Part shown: positions 13,587 through 25,830 of the stretch, in pieces | Position numbering within the stretch: position 1 is the first letter of the stretch | Layout: every line of letters starts with the position of its first letter | Origin: Lama glama | Lineage: Eukaryota | Length of the DNA: 64,000 bases | Reading direction: 5' to 3' | Assembly: GCA_028534125.1 (NCBI GenBank) | Contig: CM052817.1 | Coordinates: forward strand, 105,278,001-105,342,000 | The notes under the pieces: generated by a model | The model's database searches: none | What the model saw: the letters and a program-made list of their open reading frames with translations, nothing else | Told to the model about the DNA's origin: nothing | Translations under genes and position numbers: made by a program

Positions 13587-13980
13587 GACTGAGACTAACC
13601 GGAGGTGAGAGCAGCGGGTGCTGTCCACGGCGCGGTCGGTGCTGAACCCGCGACCGGCTCCTCCCGCACCTCGAGGCAACGCCCTCTTCCACCTTCTGCG
13701 CCCTGCGGGACCCTCGTCACCAGCTGGACCCGATCAACTTGACAAAGGAGTGTGGTATCGGACGTGGGAGAGAGTCCTCTGTTTGCTACCTGGGCGCCCA
13801 TTCAGGCGTGACTTCGGGGATTTCTATAGTTTTAAACCAAACTATTTCCACCTTTTCCCAGCAAAGACCATCTTTTGTTTTTTTTTTAATTTTTAAAAAT
13901 TATTATTATTATTACTGTGATTTACATATCCACACCGTTTAAGATTCTTTCCGGGAGACTTTTTTGACTGTTGAAATAAG
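13584..13980 (+). other. FSTL5: Inferred non-coding exon 1 (5' UTR) of FSTL5; start approximate
   Basis: Ends at consensus donor AAG|GTAAGA (13980/13981); contains no ATG; when spliced to 49599, TAA at 13940-13942 is in frame upstream of the start codon; start placed at the Inr-like A. Confidence 0.72.
13617..13646 (-). promoter_or_regulatory. Non-canonical RE1/NRSE (REST site) with 11-bp spacer
   Basis: Minus strand reads TTCAGCACC-gaccgcgccgt-GGACAGCACC: both RE1 half-sites in the correct order and orientation. Confidence 0.65.
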
Positions 13981-14207
13981 GTAAGAAAAAGAACGTTATT
14001 ATACATATATTTTTTTCACAGATGGGGGAGCAATACAGACTGCCATACAAAAATTTAAGAGCAAGTTATGATTATTTTTATAATTTGAAACGGGACAGTT
14101 GGCAATGATTGCAACAATTATTTTAATAATGACTGCTCTCATTACTATTATGAGAATGCCTATTGGTGATTATTCACTGAATTCTAGAGGGGAAGTTGAG
14201 GGCTTGG

Positions 14208-14210
<3 letters not shown>

Positions 14211-14242
<32 letters not shown>
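14211..14242. repeat. (TG)16 microsatellite
   Basis: Seen directly, 230 bp into intron 1. Confidence 0.95.
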
Positions 14243-14244
<2 letters not shown>

Positions 14245-17200
14245 GTTAATGTCATCATGTTACATCTTGCTTATAAATATAAATTTTGTAGAGCAACACT
14301 TCTAGCACGGCTCAAAGAACAGGAACCATTCCAGGCAAGTCCTCAAATATGTTGGTAAATTATATTAAATAAATCAACCAATAAGTTGTTTAAAACAAAT
14401 GTAACATTAAAAAAATATGTGAGTGGACTAATCTCTGATAATCGGTATTAGTTCTGGTATCTAAAGCATAGGCTGCGAAGTGCAAATCTTTCTTAACATT
14501 AATTTGGAGGGGAGGTGGTAGGGCTAGGAGCATTTATACCATACTGGGTTCGTTTAGATGTGTTGTTATGCAGTAGATCCAAATAGAACTTGTGAAACTC
14601 AGTCTCTGAGAATTCTGTACCCCAAGGTCATGTGTATTTCCAAGTTGGGGGCTGTTTGTTCTGCTACTGACTAGTGACTGTCATCCCCTCCTCACCCCCT
14701 CAGGTTAGAGGTGGATGTAAATGGGAAACTCTGATTTAATAACACAATGTTACCTTGTATTATAGCCGCTACTGCTGTTGGTAATTGAATGGAACTGGGA
14801 AGCGTGGGCTGAGAAAATGTCTCGCTATTTCAGCAATGTTTAACCTCTTGCATGCTTAACGGAGAGCTTTTCTCTACTTAGGCGATTTTCTTTTGAAGCT
14901 ATGTTCCTTTTGTCAATTGGCAGTGCGTTTTGAATGTGTCTGGAGACAGAATTCAGTGCAGAAAACCCCTGAAAGTACTTCCCATAGTGAACAATTATTA
15001 AATGATAGAAGTTAGCTGGTGCCCTGTGTATTTCTATGACTACCCATGACTTTATTGATAGGCACAATGGTTTGCCTGGTAAATGTTGCGTCCTTTCATT
15101 TATGTCATTTAGTGACATTAGATTAAGTGTAAGTGATGGCTAGGAAGACATGGGGGGAGGTTCCTTTACACTCAGAGAAGAGTTCAGGTTTCAACTAGAT
15201 GTCCTTTACTAACAGGACAGGGTAAAATATAAGCTATTTCAGACAATAAATATCGTTCAACTGACTAGGGCTATGTTTTTCAGCAACTAAAAAAGTATAC
15301 TAAGTTAAATTTAAATATTTGTATATCTTTAATTATCATGAAAATGCTTACTCCAGTTGTATCACACTTACAAGGATGAACTTTCGGTTTAGAGTTTAGT
15401 ATTTAAAATAATTCCTTTGAGTAGAGGTTTTTTTATTTTATTTATAGCCCAGTGATTGTTATGAGAAATGGATATTACTGCAAACACTGGAGGTCAAATG
15501 TAAATCCTCTTTAGCTGTCCTCATGTTTTACCCTGAGCAGATGTGCTTTGTAGGATTCCTGTCAGTCATGTTATTGTACATAAATTAGTGATGCACATTT
15601 TTAAGGACTAAGCCAGTAGAAAAGCAAAGTAGGATATATGAAAGCTTATGCCAGTGTCTCTTAATTGTTTATAGAATTATTCTTTTCTTCTGTACATTTT
15701 GAAATTTTCTCTTTAAAACTAATTATATTGGTCTAAATACTCAGACTGTGGAATTTCAAACAGAATGATGGCTTTTAAATTTTTCAGCTTTATTTTGTTA
15801 TTTATTATATTGAAACATAAACATATAGTTTAACTTTGTAACTTACCTTAAAAGTAGTAACATATATAACCACTATATTCACCCAAATGAGTATCTCATT
15901 GATTTCCTTTTCCATGAAGTTTTCTAAAATGTATGTATTTGTTTGGGTAGAAACAGTAAAGCTTGAACTACCAATTTTCAGAATTCTTTTAGATGAAGTT
16001 TAGAGTTGTCACAATGAAATGGTGAAACACTGAAAACCAAAATCAAAATATGTTATTGGCAATAGTGAAACCAGTAAGGTAGGCTCCATGAGACTGCAAA
16101 CTTAAAATACTAGTAGCATTTTACCCTGATTTTCTTTTACCCATGAACTTTTATGTATTAGTTCTGAAGTAAGGTAAAATTAAGTGACCATAGTAAGTCC
16201 AAAATTAGAACATTGAAGATAGTATTTGGATACAGAATGCAATTCTAACTGTAAAAAACTAAAATTGCCAACTTTGAAGACATCTATTGAAGATATTCAC
16301 ATGTAGTGATCCTTCATTAATTCTTTGTTCCACAAAGAAATGACCGTGTTTTGGAGTTATAACTTGTCCATGTGAAATTCAAGGGGGTATTCAATACCAC
16401 TGCAACAGACAGCTTGCTATATCATTCATTCATTTCACTTCATTGGCACTGCAAATATATAAAGCACTTTTTACTTCAAGATGATAAACTTTCATAAAGC
16501 GTATAGACAAATTATTGAAATAATTTAATGTCACAACATGTCCAAATTGTTTTTCTTGTTTCTTAGTTTCTTAAAGCACATTGATTTAGTTAAAAATTTC
16601 AAAATGATATTGCTGGATAGATGTCATCTTTTTCTTACAAACAATATTAATAACTATATATGTTTGGAATTTAAGATAAAGTTGAAACAATTTAAATTCG
16701 ATGTCATCAAGGCTACTTATTGCTTTTTTTTCTGTTTATTAACATGTACAGTAGAGAAATCAAGAAAGTAATAATAAACCTGAAATATGCTAAAAAGTTT
16801 TAGCATCTTGACTTTTTTAAAGTAACTTTTAAAATCATATTTAATAGTTTATTGAGAATTTTCTTTGAATGATGGCCATCTTTTTATGTTTAATGCTCAT
16901 TTAGCCATGAATACAAAAGACATTGAATAATATGTTCCTACCAACCCTTCATATTTGCTCCAAGTCAACATACTATTGCTAGTATTTTTAAAAATTATCT
17001 ACTATGTTATAAAGTTCAAAAGACTCTTGTGAACTCATAGGCTAGAAAAATACTCCCTGTTGTTAACATCATCGTAACAGGCATGTGACCAATTATTCTC
17101 CACAAAACAGACTTAATCACCTTCTGCTTCAGCATCTCCAGTGTCCTCTGGGCACAGTCTACTTAAGGTGAGCTGTAGGGTGCCTTGTGGAAAATCACAA

Positions 17201-20200
17201 TTTTCTCATTAAATTGGTCACCAGACAACAAAACAATTGGTCCCTTTGTGCTTCAAGTACCCTGGTATCAAAGAAGCTAATACTGCTATCACAGATGAGA
17301 TAGTGTTTTTGATCAATTCAGAATTCTAATGAGTCTTAATATGGATTTTTTGAAAGAGCAAGAGTTAAACAATAGTATAATGTTACTATAAGGCATGTGT
17401 CTGTGGGTGTGTGCATGTATATGTATGTATGCACACATACAATTACGTATATATGCATATATTAGCTATCTATCTTCATATATAATCATATATATAATTT
17501 TTGGTAAATTCTACTCTACCATAAACATGCAATGGGAATGATCTGGAACATGGAAGCTCAAGAAATTCTAGTTACTATAAAAGTAACTTACATGCTAAGC
17601 CATAATACAAAATGTAATTTTCAGTGGCAAAGGTGTTTTCCAATTATTGTCATGTTTCATTTAGGCTGGTATGCCTAAGCACACGCCAGTTTTTGTTTTC
17701 TTGCCATGAAAATGTCATTCCGAAGCTCTCATGCTGATCAGCGAGGGAAGGGACAATTGGAAACGAAAATTTGCCAGGAATAAGAAATGGAACAAATGTG
17801 TACCTATGAAGAGATTATAGTACTACACTGATTGTACAAATGTATGAGTAATGATGAATAATTTGGAAGTTATTATCCTAAAAGAGACACATAAAGTTTA
17901 CTTCTTATATATCTTCTGGTAATAAGCCAGGTACTTCTGAGGAACAGAGCCCAGATATTCCTGCACCTAAAATATTTTTGTTATTTGTGTATCAGTGTTT
18001 TCACGCATAGATGTGGTAAAATGTGGGAAGAAGAGCAGCTTAACTCTAACCTTTCTTGCTTTAAAGCCCAGTAATTGATACAAATTTAATGTGGTTTTGG
18101 GTATCAACTTGTGCAAATCTCTAAAGCCAAGTAGTTGCTTAGTGAGTTCATTTCCATGTCAGTACAGAGAATATCATCCCAGCTCGTAGCTGGTTCATGG
18201 CACTGCTAACAATTCCAAAGCACAGTGCGAAAGACTTGAAAAATACTTCTTACATTGAGTTTTATTTAAATATATTCTTTCTAATTGACAGTTAAGAGAA
18301 AGTTACTTTACTGATATATTTTCCCTGTGTAAGTAGCACCAAGGTACCAATTAAAATATAAATACAGTAGCAATTAAGACACAGAAGCCTGAACTGTGTT
18401 CCCCAAAGACGATGACGAAATGGAAATAATTTGCCTTCCCTGGTTGGACCAATTCCACCAAACACATTAGACAGTGTTTTAAGGACCACTAAGACCTTAG
18501 CTTTTCTAGTTTCTAAAACCTTCAAAGTGGGGGTGAAGTGACCAACCTCCCCACGCCCTTTGTGATTACGTGCCCCTTTTTTCCAAAGACACAGGGGTTA
18601 TTGAGGCCCTGGTGTCAACACGACTCTGGACTACCTCATCTAGGGTTAAGGAAGTGGTTTCATTTATCTTCCCAAAGAAACAGGGCCAGCGAGCTGCTGC
18701 TAGTACAGGCTTTTGCTGTCTCATAATGGATTACCTGTTGATATCCGAGCATATGGTCTGTGGGTGTGGATTTGCCTACACAGGAAGACGAAAAATACAG
18801 AAAGAAAGATGCCCTTCAAAGTACTAATATGTGTACATATATATTTTATTCATACAAGGTCATTTTTTCCATATTAACATTTTTACTTTTACATAGCCAT
18901 GTAAAATTTCTATTACCAATCATTTTAGATATAAAAAAGCAAAAACTCAGATCAAAGCTTTCCACCTCTCCAGCCTGTGGTCACACAGCTAGGGTTAGGT
19001 GGACTAGGCAATGAAGTTGGTTCACTAGTCTTGTATCTACAGTGTGAACTTCTGGTGTCTCTGTTTAGGTGAAATATTGAAGTGGATGTGTCTTATTTGA
19101 AGTCAAGTCTTTTTCTATGATCTTTTCTTTGCTAAATGTGAATGCTACTTTTCCCCTCTTTCCCCAAGTTTTTTTCCCTTAATTATTAAGTTACATGGAA
19201 ATGATTTCATGTCATTTATTCTTTACTATACACACTTTTGGATGTACAATACCAGAGGTCTTAAGGACCATTTCCTCTGTATTTAGTGTTAAAAAAGTGC
19301 TACATTATTCAATTTTATAGACTATGTATAATATTAGCAGCAGACAGTATTCCCCCTTTCAATCTCAAATAGAATAAGAAACAATATGATAAAGTGGTTA
19401 CCCAAGAGCTCCTTTGTTTTTGTTTTATTTTCCTAAAGTCCTCCTGAATGCTACATTTGAATACACATACATCTTAAACTGGAGTTCAAGCAATCACCCA
19501 TTGAAGCAGATCACCACTTGTGTTACCAACTGCAACTCACGTTGAATCTTCAGACTAGTCAACTGCTAATAGTTCAACCTATAAACTGAAGTAAAATCAT
19601 CAGAATACAATGGGTAGTTCGGAAGTACCACACAGAAAGAGGTGATGTGAAGTGAGCTCTTGAACACTTAGGAAGCATTGACTACTTTAGTCTATTGTTT
19701 CTCTATTTGAGGTACAGATGTTGGCCAGGATTGATGCTCTTTGCTTTCACGCAGCCCTGAGGCTGACTGAATAGAAGAGGTGAGTGCTGGTATCTGTAAC
19801 AGTAACAGCACTCCTGGAGGAGCCACACGATTGCATCAGATTCCCTAGGGAATCCTCGTTATCCAAGTTCGGGCTGTCCTTTATTAAATGGACCCCGAAG
19901 GAGAAAGAAAAGTTTGATTTGTGGAAAGTTTAATGTAAAAGTGGAAAGATGCATAGAGCTTTTATTAAACATTTTATGTATTGGTGAGCAATCCCCAGTG
20001 TTTGACTTTTGGAATGAAGCCTGATGTAAAAGCTTTTAATCTTGAAATTTCTGTACCATTTCGTGTACTGTATGTGGTTCCTTATTCTAACACCCTGCAG
20101 GAAGGCCATTCACTCCAACAGCTACAATTATTCTCTCTTCACAGATACCTTCCAGACCGAGGGCTCTGGCCCACATTTGAACTCCATTAATGTATTTATA

Positions 20201-20249
20201 CAGGTTTGCTAGACATTTTGACTCTGATTTCATGGTGACAAGGAAAATT

Positions 20250-21000
20250 CCATGAACTCCATCTTATCCCTAATATGGTCCCCCCGTCCTGATTTTTCTG
20301 CCTATCAGTTGATGACACACTTTTTCCCCATTCCCCTAGGTCTGCAAATGCGTACACATTTTCCACTCACATCATTCTTACTCTTCTCTATGCAGCGAGT
20401 CTCCAAGTTTTGACGTTCTTCCCTTTGCAAGACGGCTTTATCTAATTCTCTATTTTCTATTCTTTCTTCTTGTCATTTTTACCTTGACCCAGACTGTCCC
20501 ATCTCAACTGGAATTAATTTGACATCTTCTACATGGATCTTTCTAATTCTTGTTTCTTCCTGTGGTAATAATAATTAATGATTCTAATGACAAGTCAAAA
20601 TGTTGATGATGCATAACACGCCAGGAAAGACGTTAAGTATTATAAACGTTATTTCATTTTCTATGCGTAACACCCTATGGGGTAGATATTGAGGGACCAA
20701 AGCTTAAAGAGTTATGTTACCTACAGAGCTGGACTTAGACCAGGCTCAGTCTGAGGCAGCTGCCTGATCATATCATTCTACTCTGCTGATACAGACCTCT
20801 TACCTCTTCTGGATTCCTCTTGATTAAAGGAAGCTTTCAAATGTCACTGTGTTCTGAAATCATCAGTGGATATCTAATTTTTCCTGTAATAAGGTGCAAT
20901 TCTCTGCTTGGTTATAAGATCCTTCTAATTGGTTCTACACCCTGCAAGTAATCAGTCTGATTTTCAGTTTTCCTCATATGTACAACGTACATTTGCAAAA
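20250..21000 (+). mobile_element. Degraded L2 fragment with an internal MIR (~20570-20760)
   Basis: Pyrimidine-rich L2-like body; MIR-like core (cgtaacaccctatggggtagatatt...agagctggacttagaccagg). Confidence 0.45.
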
Positions 21001-21239
21001 CAGAGATCGGTCAAAACAGAAAGCATGATTCTTTCCCTGTATAGAAAAGCAAAGTCTTGTCTGAACTGTTGTGTTTTCCAGGATCCCAACCTCCACCCCA
21101 CTCCTCTTTCCAGCCAAGTTTTCTCACAGGATAAGAGCAAATTGTGCTCATGTGTACTTTTTAGAGTCGCTGTAGTTTTTGTTGCAACAAATATCAGGTC
21201 ACTGTCACCCTAAATATCACCAAAATATCCATTTTTACA

Positions 21240-21777
21240 TATATTTGTTTTAGGTTGTTGCATGAAAATTACCATGATCTTAGTGGCTTAAATGGCTATG
21301 ACCTCGCAGTTTCCATTGGTTTCAAGCCTAGGAAGAGGCCAGCTGGAACCCCTCCTCAGGATCTCACTTCAAGGTTTCATCCAGGGCTGAGCTCTTATTC
21401 AAAGCTCTGTTTCTTCCTCCAGGCTGTCGGTTGGATTTATATCTTTGCAGCTCATAACTCATGGAAGATGGTTTCTTCCAGCCTAGAAAGAACCTTGCTG
21501 ACTTCTTCAGTTTCTGACTTCTAGAACTGCTTTTTAAAGGGTTCACCATTAGATCAGATCCAGCTAGAATCTCCTTTTTGCATACGTATAAAGTCGTCTG
21601 ATTTGAAACCTTAATTACATCTTAAAATCTCACCTCTTCGCCACAGAACGTAGTATAATCACAAGAGTGTTATCACATCACCTTGGCCTCGTTCTGTCGG
21701 TCAAAAGCAAGTTAAAGGCAAAGTGGTTACACGAGAATGCGGGTCATTAGGAGTCGTTGAAACCCTGTCTACTGTAC
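21240..21777 (-). mobile_element. MaLR LTR (MLT1E/F-like)
   Basis: aaattaccatgatcttagtggcttaaa at the left end; ttttaaagggttca and ccttaattacatct...aaaatc blocks typical of MLT1. Confidence 0.65.
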
Positions 21778-22939
21778 CCGGTTCAACTTCTGCTTGAACT
21801 TCAGTCTTTCTTCATTGAGGTAGTGCCTCTGAGCTCTTGTCTGTCCTCCCCAGCATTTCTGACCTGGACTAGAGGCAGTGGACAATTTGACATTGTTTGG
21901 GATTTTTAAATCTCTTTTAGGCTATTCTATCCAATTAATCTTAAGCTCTTAAAGGAAGAAGTCTAGGAATTCCTTCTTTGTGCACAAGCCTATGTGGTTT
22001 AAAATTACTTCATACACATATTATTATTTAATCCTCATTGAAATGTATTCCTTTTATGTATGTTTCTATTATGCAATGTTTTATACAGGTAAGATTGTAA
22101 TAAATTTGTACAGTGTCTTACTCACGTAAGACTGTATGTAACATTTATTCTTATGGATTAGTTGATATTTTTAGATTTTCGACTTTGATAATCTGCTTTG
22201 TTTTCATGTTTCTTTATCTTATCCCTGACTAATTTACAAACCACACAAAGGATTTTTTATTATTATCTTATTTCATGCAACATGGAGTCTTTCCATGCAA
22301 ATTAGGACTTTATGTTCAGCATTATGCTCTACAGATGATGCATGATGAATTTACAGAACGATGAATGTTACCTCTGAAGGAATATTGCATAATGATACTA
22401 ATAATTTTGTTCTTGCTGATTTGGTCTAAAGATTGGTAAATAATTCCACAATTACTTTTACTAACATTAATTATGCAGAAAAATTTCATTGGACTCATAT
22501 CTTTCATAGTTTACATAAAATTAAGGTCATTTTATCTTTGACAGAAGCTAAAGAAAATTACCTAGTGTATAAGTTCAAAATGTTAATTTTAATGAACAGT
22601 AATTTTCTTAAAATAATAAGGTCTTAATTTATTATAAAACAAATGATTAATTCACTAATAGTGATTAAGTTCCTATTATGTTTCAGGTGCCCTTTTGGTT
22701 GATGGGGGTTGAGCAGGAATGAGAGACCAAGTTCCCACTCTGCTCTTTCTGTGGAAAGACAGACAATAACAAACCAATAGAGACAAAGGATAATGTCTAG
22801 CACTGATAAGTTTTATGATAAAAAGTAGAACAGGGAAAGGACTACTGATGGATGAGAGTGTACCTGACCTCGGGGTCTTCACAGGTGCCAATTCTCCCAT
22901 TCTAAGGTACTCATTAATTAGTTTCCAATAAGCTACCGT

Positions 22940-23318
22940 TACTTATGGCAATCGTGAATAATACTGCAGTGTACACAGGTGTGCAAATATCTCTGAGATT
23001 CTGCTTCAGTTCTTTCGGCTAAATACCCAGAAGTGGGATTGCTGGATCATATGGGAATTCTAGCTTTAATTTTTTAAGGAGCTTCCATACTATTTTCCAT
23101 ATAGCTGCACGAATTTACATTTCCCTCAACAGTGCACAAGGATTCTAATTTCTTCAAATCCTCACCAACACGTTACCTGACTTTTTTCTTTTTTGTAATA
23201 GTCATCCTAACAGGTGGGAGGGGATCTCATTGTGGTTTTGATTTGCATTTCCCTGATGATTAGAGACATTGATCATCTTTTTATGTACCTACTGGTCATT
23301 TAGCTGGCTTCTTTGGAA
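22940..23318 (-). mobile_element. L1 fragment (3' part of ORF2)
   Basis: aaatacccagaagtgggattgctggatcatatgg and atctcattgtggttttgatttgcatttccctgatgattag are hallmark L1 ORF2 antisense blocks. Confidence 0.9.
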
Positions 23319-23333
23319 TATCTCTCTCATTCT

Positions 23334-23335
<2 letters not shown>

Positions 23336-23391
<56 letters not shown>

Positions 23392-23500
23392 TTATTACAG
23401 AATTAGATTTTTTTTAATTTAATGGAGGTACTGGGGATTGAACCTAGGACCTCTTGTGTGCTAAGCATGCACTCTACCACTGAGCTGTACCCATTCGCCC
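23336..23500 (-). mobile_element. Camelid tRNA-derived SINE (vic-1-like) with (AT)n in its tail
   Basis: Minus strand gggtacagctcagtggtagagtgcatgcttagcac...ggttcaatccccagtacctcca (Pol III A and B boxes); 14-bp TSD ctctYtcattctta at 23322-23335 and 23501-23514. Confidence 0.9.
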
Positions 23501-24941
23501 CTCTTTCATTCTTAATGTCAAAGTGTTGACAAAAACTCAAAAGCTCTCATCATGAAAAAGTTACATTTTTATTTGTGGTTTTCTCATTAGTGAAAATTAG
23601 CTTCCCTCTTTGTGCTACAATGTATTCAATCTATGTTATTTAGGTTAACTTTTCTTTCCACTTTTAAACACACTAGACAAAGTGTATTATATCTAAATTC
23701 TGGGACTTAAATAAGCTAATCCAAACATTAATTTATACTCTTTGTGCATTGTACAGTTTATTTGTTCAGAACTTCATAGTCTTTCATAGAAAACTTAAGT
23801 ATTTCTCAACTGTGTTCCTTGGAGGCAGTGATCCAGTGGGCTGGTATTTATATCAGATGAGCCATTATCCCAGACACTTATAGCATTATTAGGGAAAGCG
23901 AAATGCTTCAAATGCCTTTTGGGTTTGTGCACATGCTTGAGAAACTACAGTGTTTAATAGTTATTATGTAATTATGTTCTTTTTACCAAAACGTGTGACA
24001 TCATGGAACCACACAAGGAAATGGGAAAAGAAAATCAAATTAATAAAATTCCATTCACAACTTGACAAAATAAATGCAACAATTAGATGCACGAATCTCA
24101 ATTATTTGGCAGAGTCTCAAGAAAGAGTGCATTTACAAAAAAGTAAGGCTGGAAATAACTTGCAAACATTGTGCCATTGCTTGGCCTGACTTACTTCCTT
24201 TAGTGAGATTTCCCATGAAGCCATAATCAATTGAGCTATAAAAAAAAAGTGAAGAGAAACATTTCTAGCAAATGCTTTGCATTTGAAGTCTACATATTTA
24301 CAATTCATAACAACAAAGATTTCGAATAAATACTCTCTACGATTATTTCTTTTCTTTGGGTAAGTGTCCTATTTCCCAAGTTTCCCGAGGCCTGAGGAAG
24401 GGGAAAGAGTTTTGGAATTTGTTTCCTGTCTGTGCACAAATGGGACAACTTAATTGGTCATGTCTAGGATGGAAGTGTGCGCCCAACTGTGAAAACAGCT
24501 CTGGACGCTAGGTCTCGCTCAACTGGACACCTCATTAATTACGTATGTTTTGTGGAACATTTCAGTTAGGTTAACAACTGTGTGAACATCAGTACAGGAG
24601 GCTCAAGAAGGCATTAAGCCTATTTTCATACTAGCTTTCTGATGCCACTGTGCGTTTCCTGCAGTCTTCTTCCCATCTGGGGAATAAAGACGTCCTTATG
24701 CGCAGAGTAACCTCTTGGAGGTTACAGAATTTACAATCATTTAAATCATTAACGAAGCTGCACTGTTTCTCTTTAAATGTCATTGCCCTAGTTCTTACAG
24801 AAGGTAAATGGGTTTGATTTCTAAAATACTGGAATACACTGAGGACCCCGCTTTGATCCCCAGGTTTTTACTGCCCCAGGTTTCAGACGTTAGTGCAGGG
24901 ATCTCAACCCAGGAGAGAGAACCTGAACACTTACTTTTAGC

Positions 24942-25830
24942 TTTTTTTTTTTTTTTTAATTCTTTTCCATTATGTTGTTTACAGGTTATTGAGAGTAGTT
25001 CCCTGTGCTATACAGTGCGATATTGTTGTCTAGCTAGTTTATAAGCAGTAGTTTGTATTTCATAATCCCAAACTCCTAATTTATCCCTCCCCCATCCCCT
25101 ACTCCCTTTGGTAACCATAAGTTTGTTTTCTTTGTCCGTGAGTCTGTTTCTGTTTCAAAAATAAGTTCGTTTGTGTCATATTTTAGATTCCACATTATAA
25201 GTGATATTGCATGGTATTTATCGTTCTCTTTATGACTTACTTCACTTAATATGATTATCTCTAGGTCCATCCGTGTTGCTGCAAATGGCATTATTTTATT
25301 CTTTCTTATGTCTGAGTAATATTCCATTGTATAAATATATCACATCTTCTTTATCCAATAATCTTTTTTTTATAATTTTTTGCTGAGGGGAAGTAATTAG
25401 ATTTATTTATTTTTGTTTATTTATTTTTTTAATGAAGGTACTGTGAATCGAACCCAGGATCTCATGCATGCTAAGCATACACTCTATCACTGAGCTATAC
25501 CCTTCCCCCTGATCCAGTTGTCTGTTGATGGACATTTAGGTTCCTTCTATGTCTTGGCTATTGTAGATCGTGCTCTTATGAGCATTAGGGTGCATGTTTC
25601 TTTTAGAATTAGAGTTGCCTCCAGATATATGCCCTAGAGTGGGTTGCATGATCATATGGTAAGTCTATTCCTAGTCTTTTGAGGAATCTCCATACTGTTT
25701 TCCACAGTGGCTGCACCAAACTGCATTCCCACCAGCAGTGTAGGAGGGTTCCCTTTTCTCCACAGCCTCTCCAGCATTTATCTCTTATGGACTCTTTAGT
25801 GATGGCCATTCTGACGGATGTGAGGTGTGA
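24942..25830 (-). mobile_element. 5'-truncated L1 (ORF2 C-terminus plus 3' UTR), interrupted by a SINE
   Basis: ORF track peptides [33 protein letters not shown] and MEYYSDIRKNKIMPFAATRMDLEIIILSEVS match the L1 ORF2p C-terminus; poly(T) at 24942-24957. Confidence 0.95.
25365..25509 (-). mobile_element. Camelid tRNA-derived SINE nested in L1
   Basis: Same head as the other four copies; degenerate 14-bp TSD (ttatccaataatct / tgatccagttgtct). Confidence 0.88.

Larger units (their letters stand above)
13030..13820. promoter_or_regulatory. FSTL5: CpG island and promoter of FSTL5
   Basis: The only GC- and CpG-rich segment in a CpG-depleted window; followed by a consensus splice donor and lying upstream of the first coding exon on the same strand. 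Confidence 0.88.

Noticed and set aside
12822..13942. Overlapping ORFs of 67-182 aa around the CpG island
   Set aside because: Mostly non-ATG starts, low-complexity Pro/Arg/Gly content and no recognisable homology; expected where GC-rich DNA has few stop codons
16754..16769. gagaaatcaagaaagt, resembling the next FSTL5 codons as I recall them (NQES)
   Set aside because: Short, upstream of the first coding exon and without a suitable donor; a chance match
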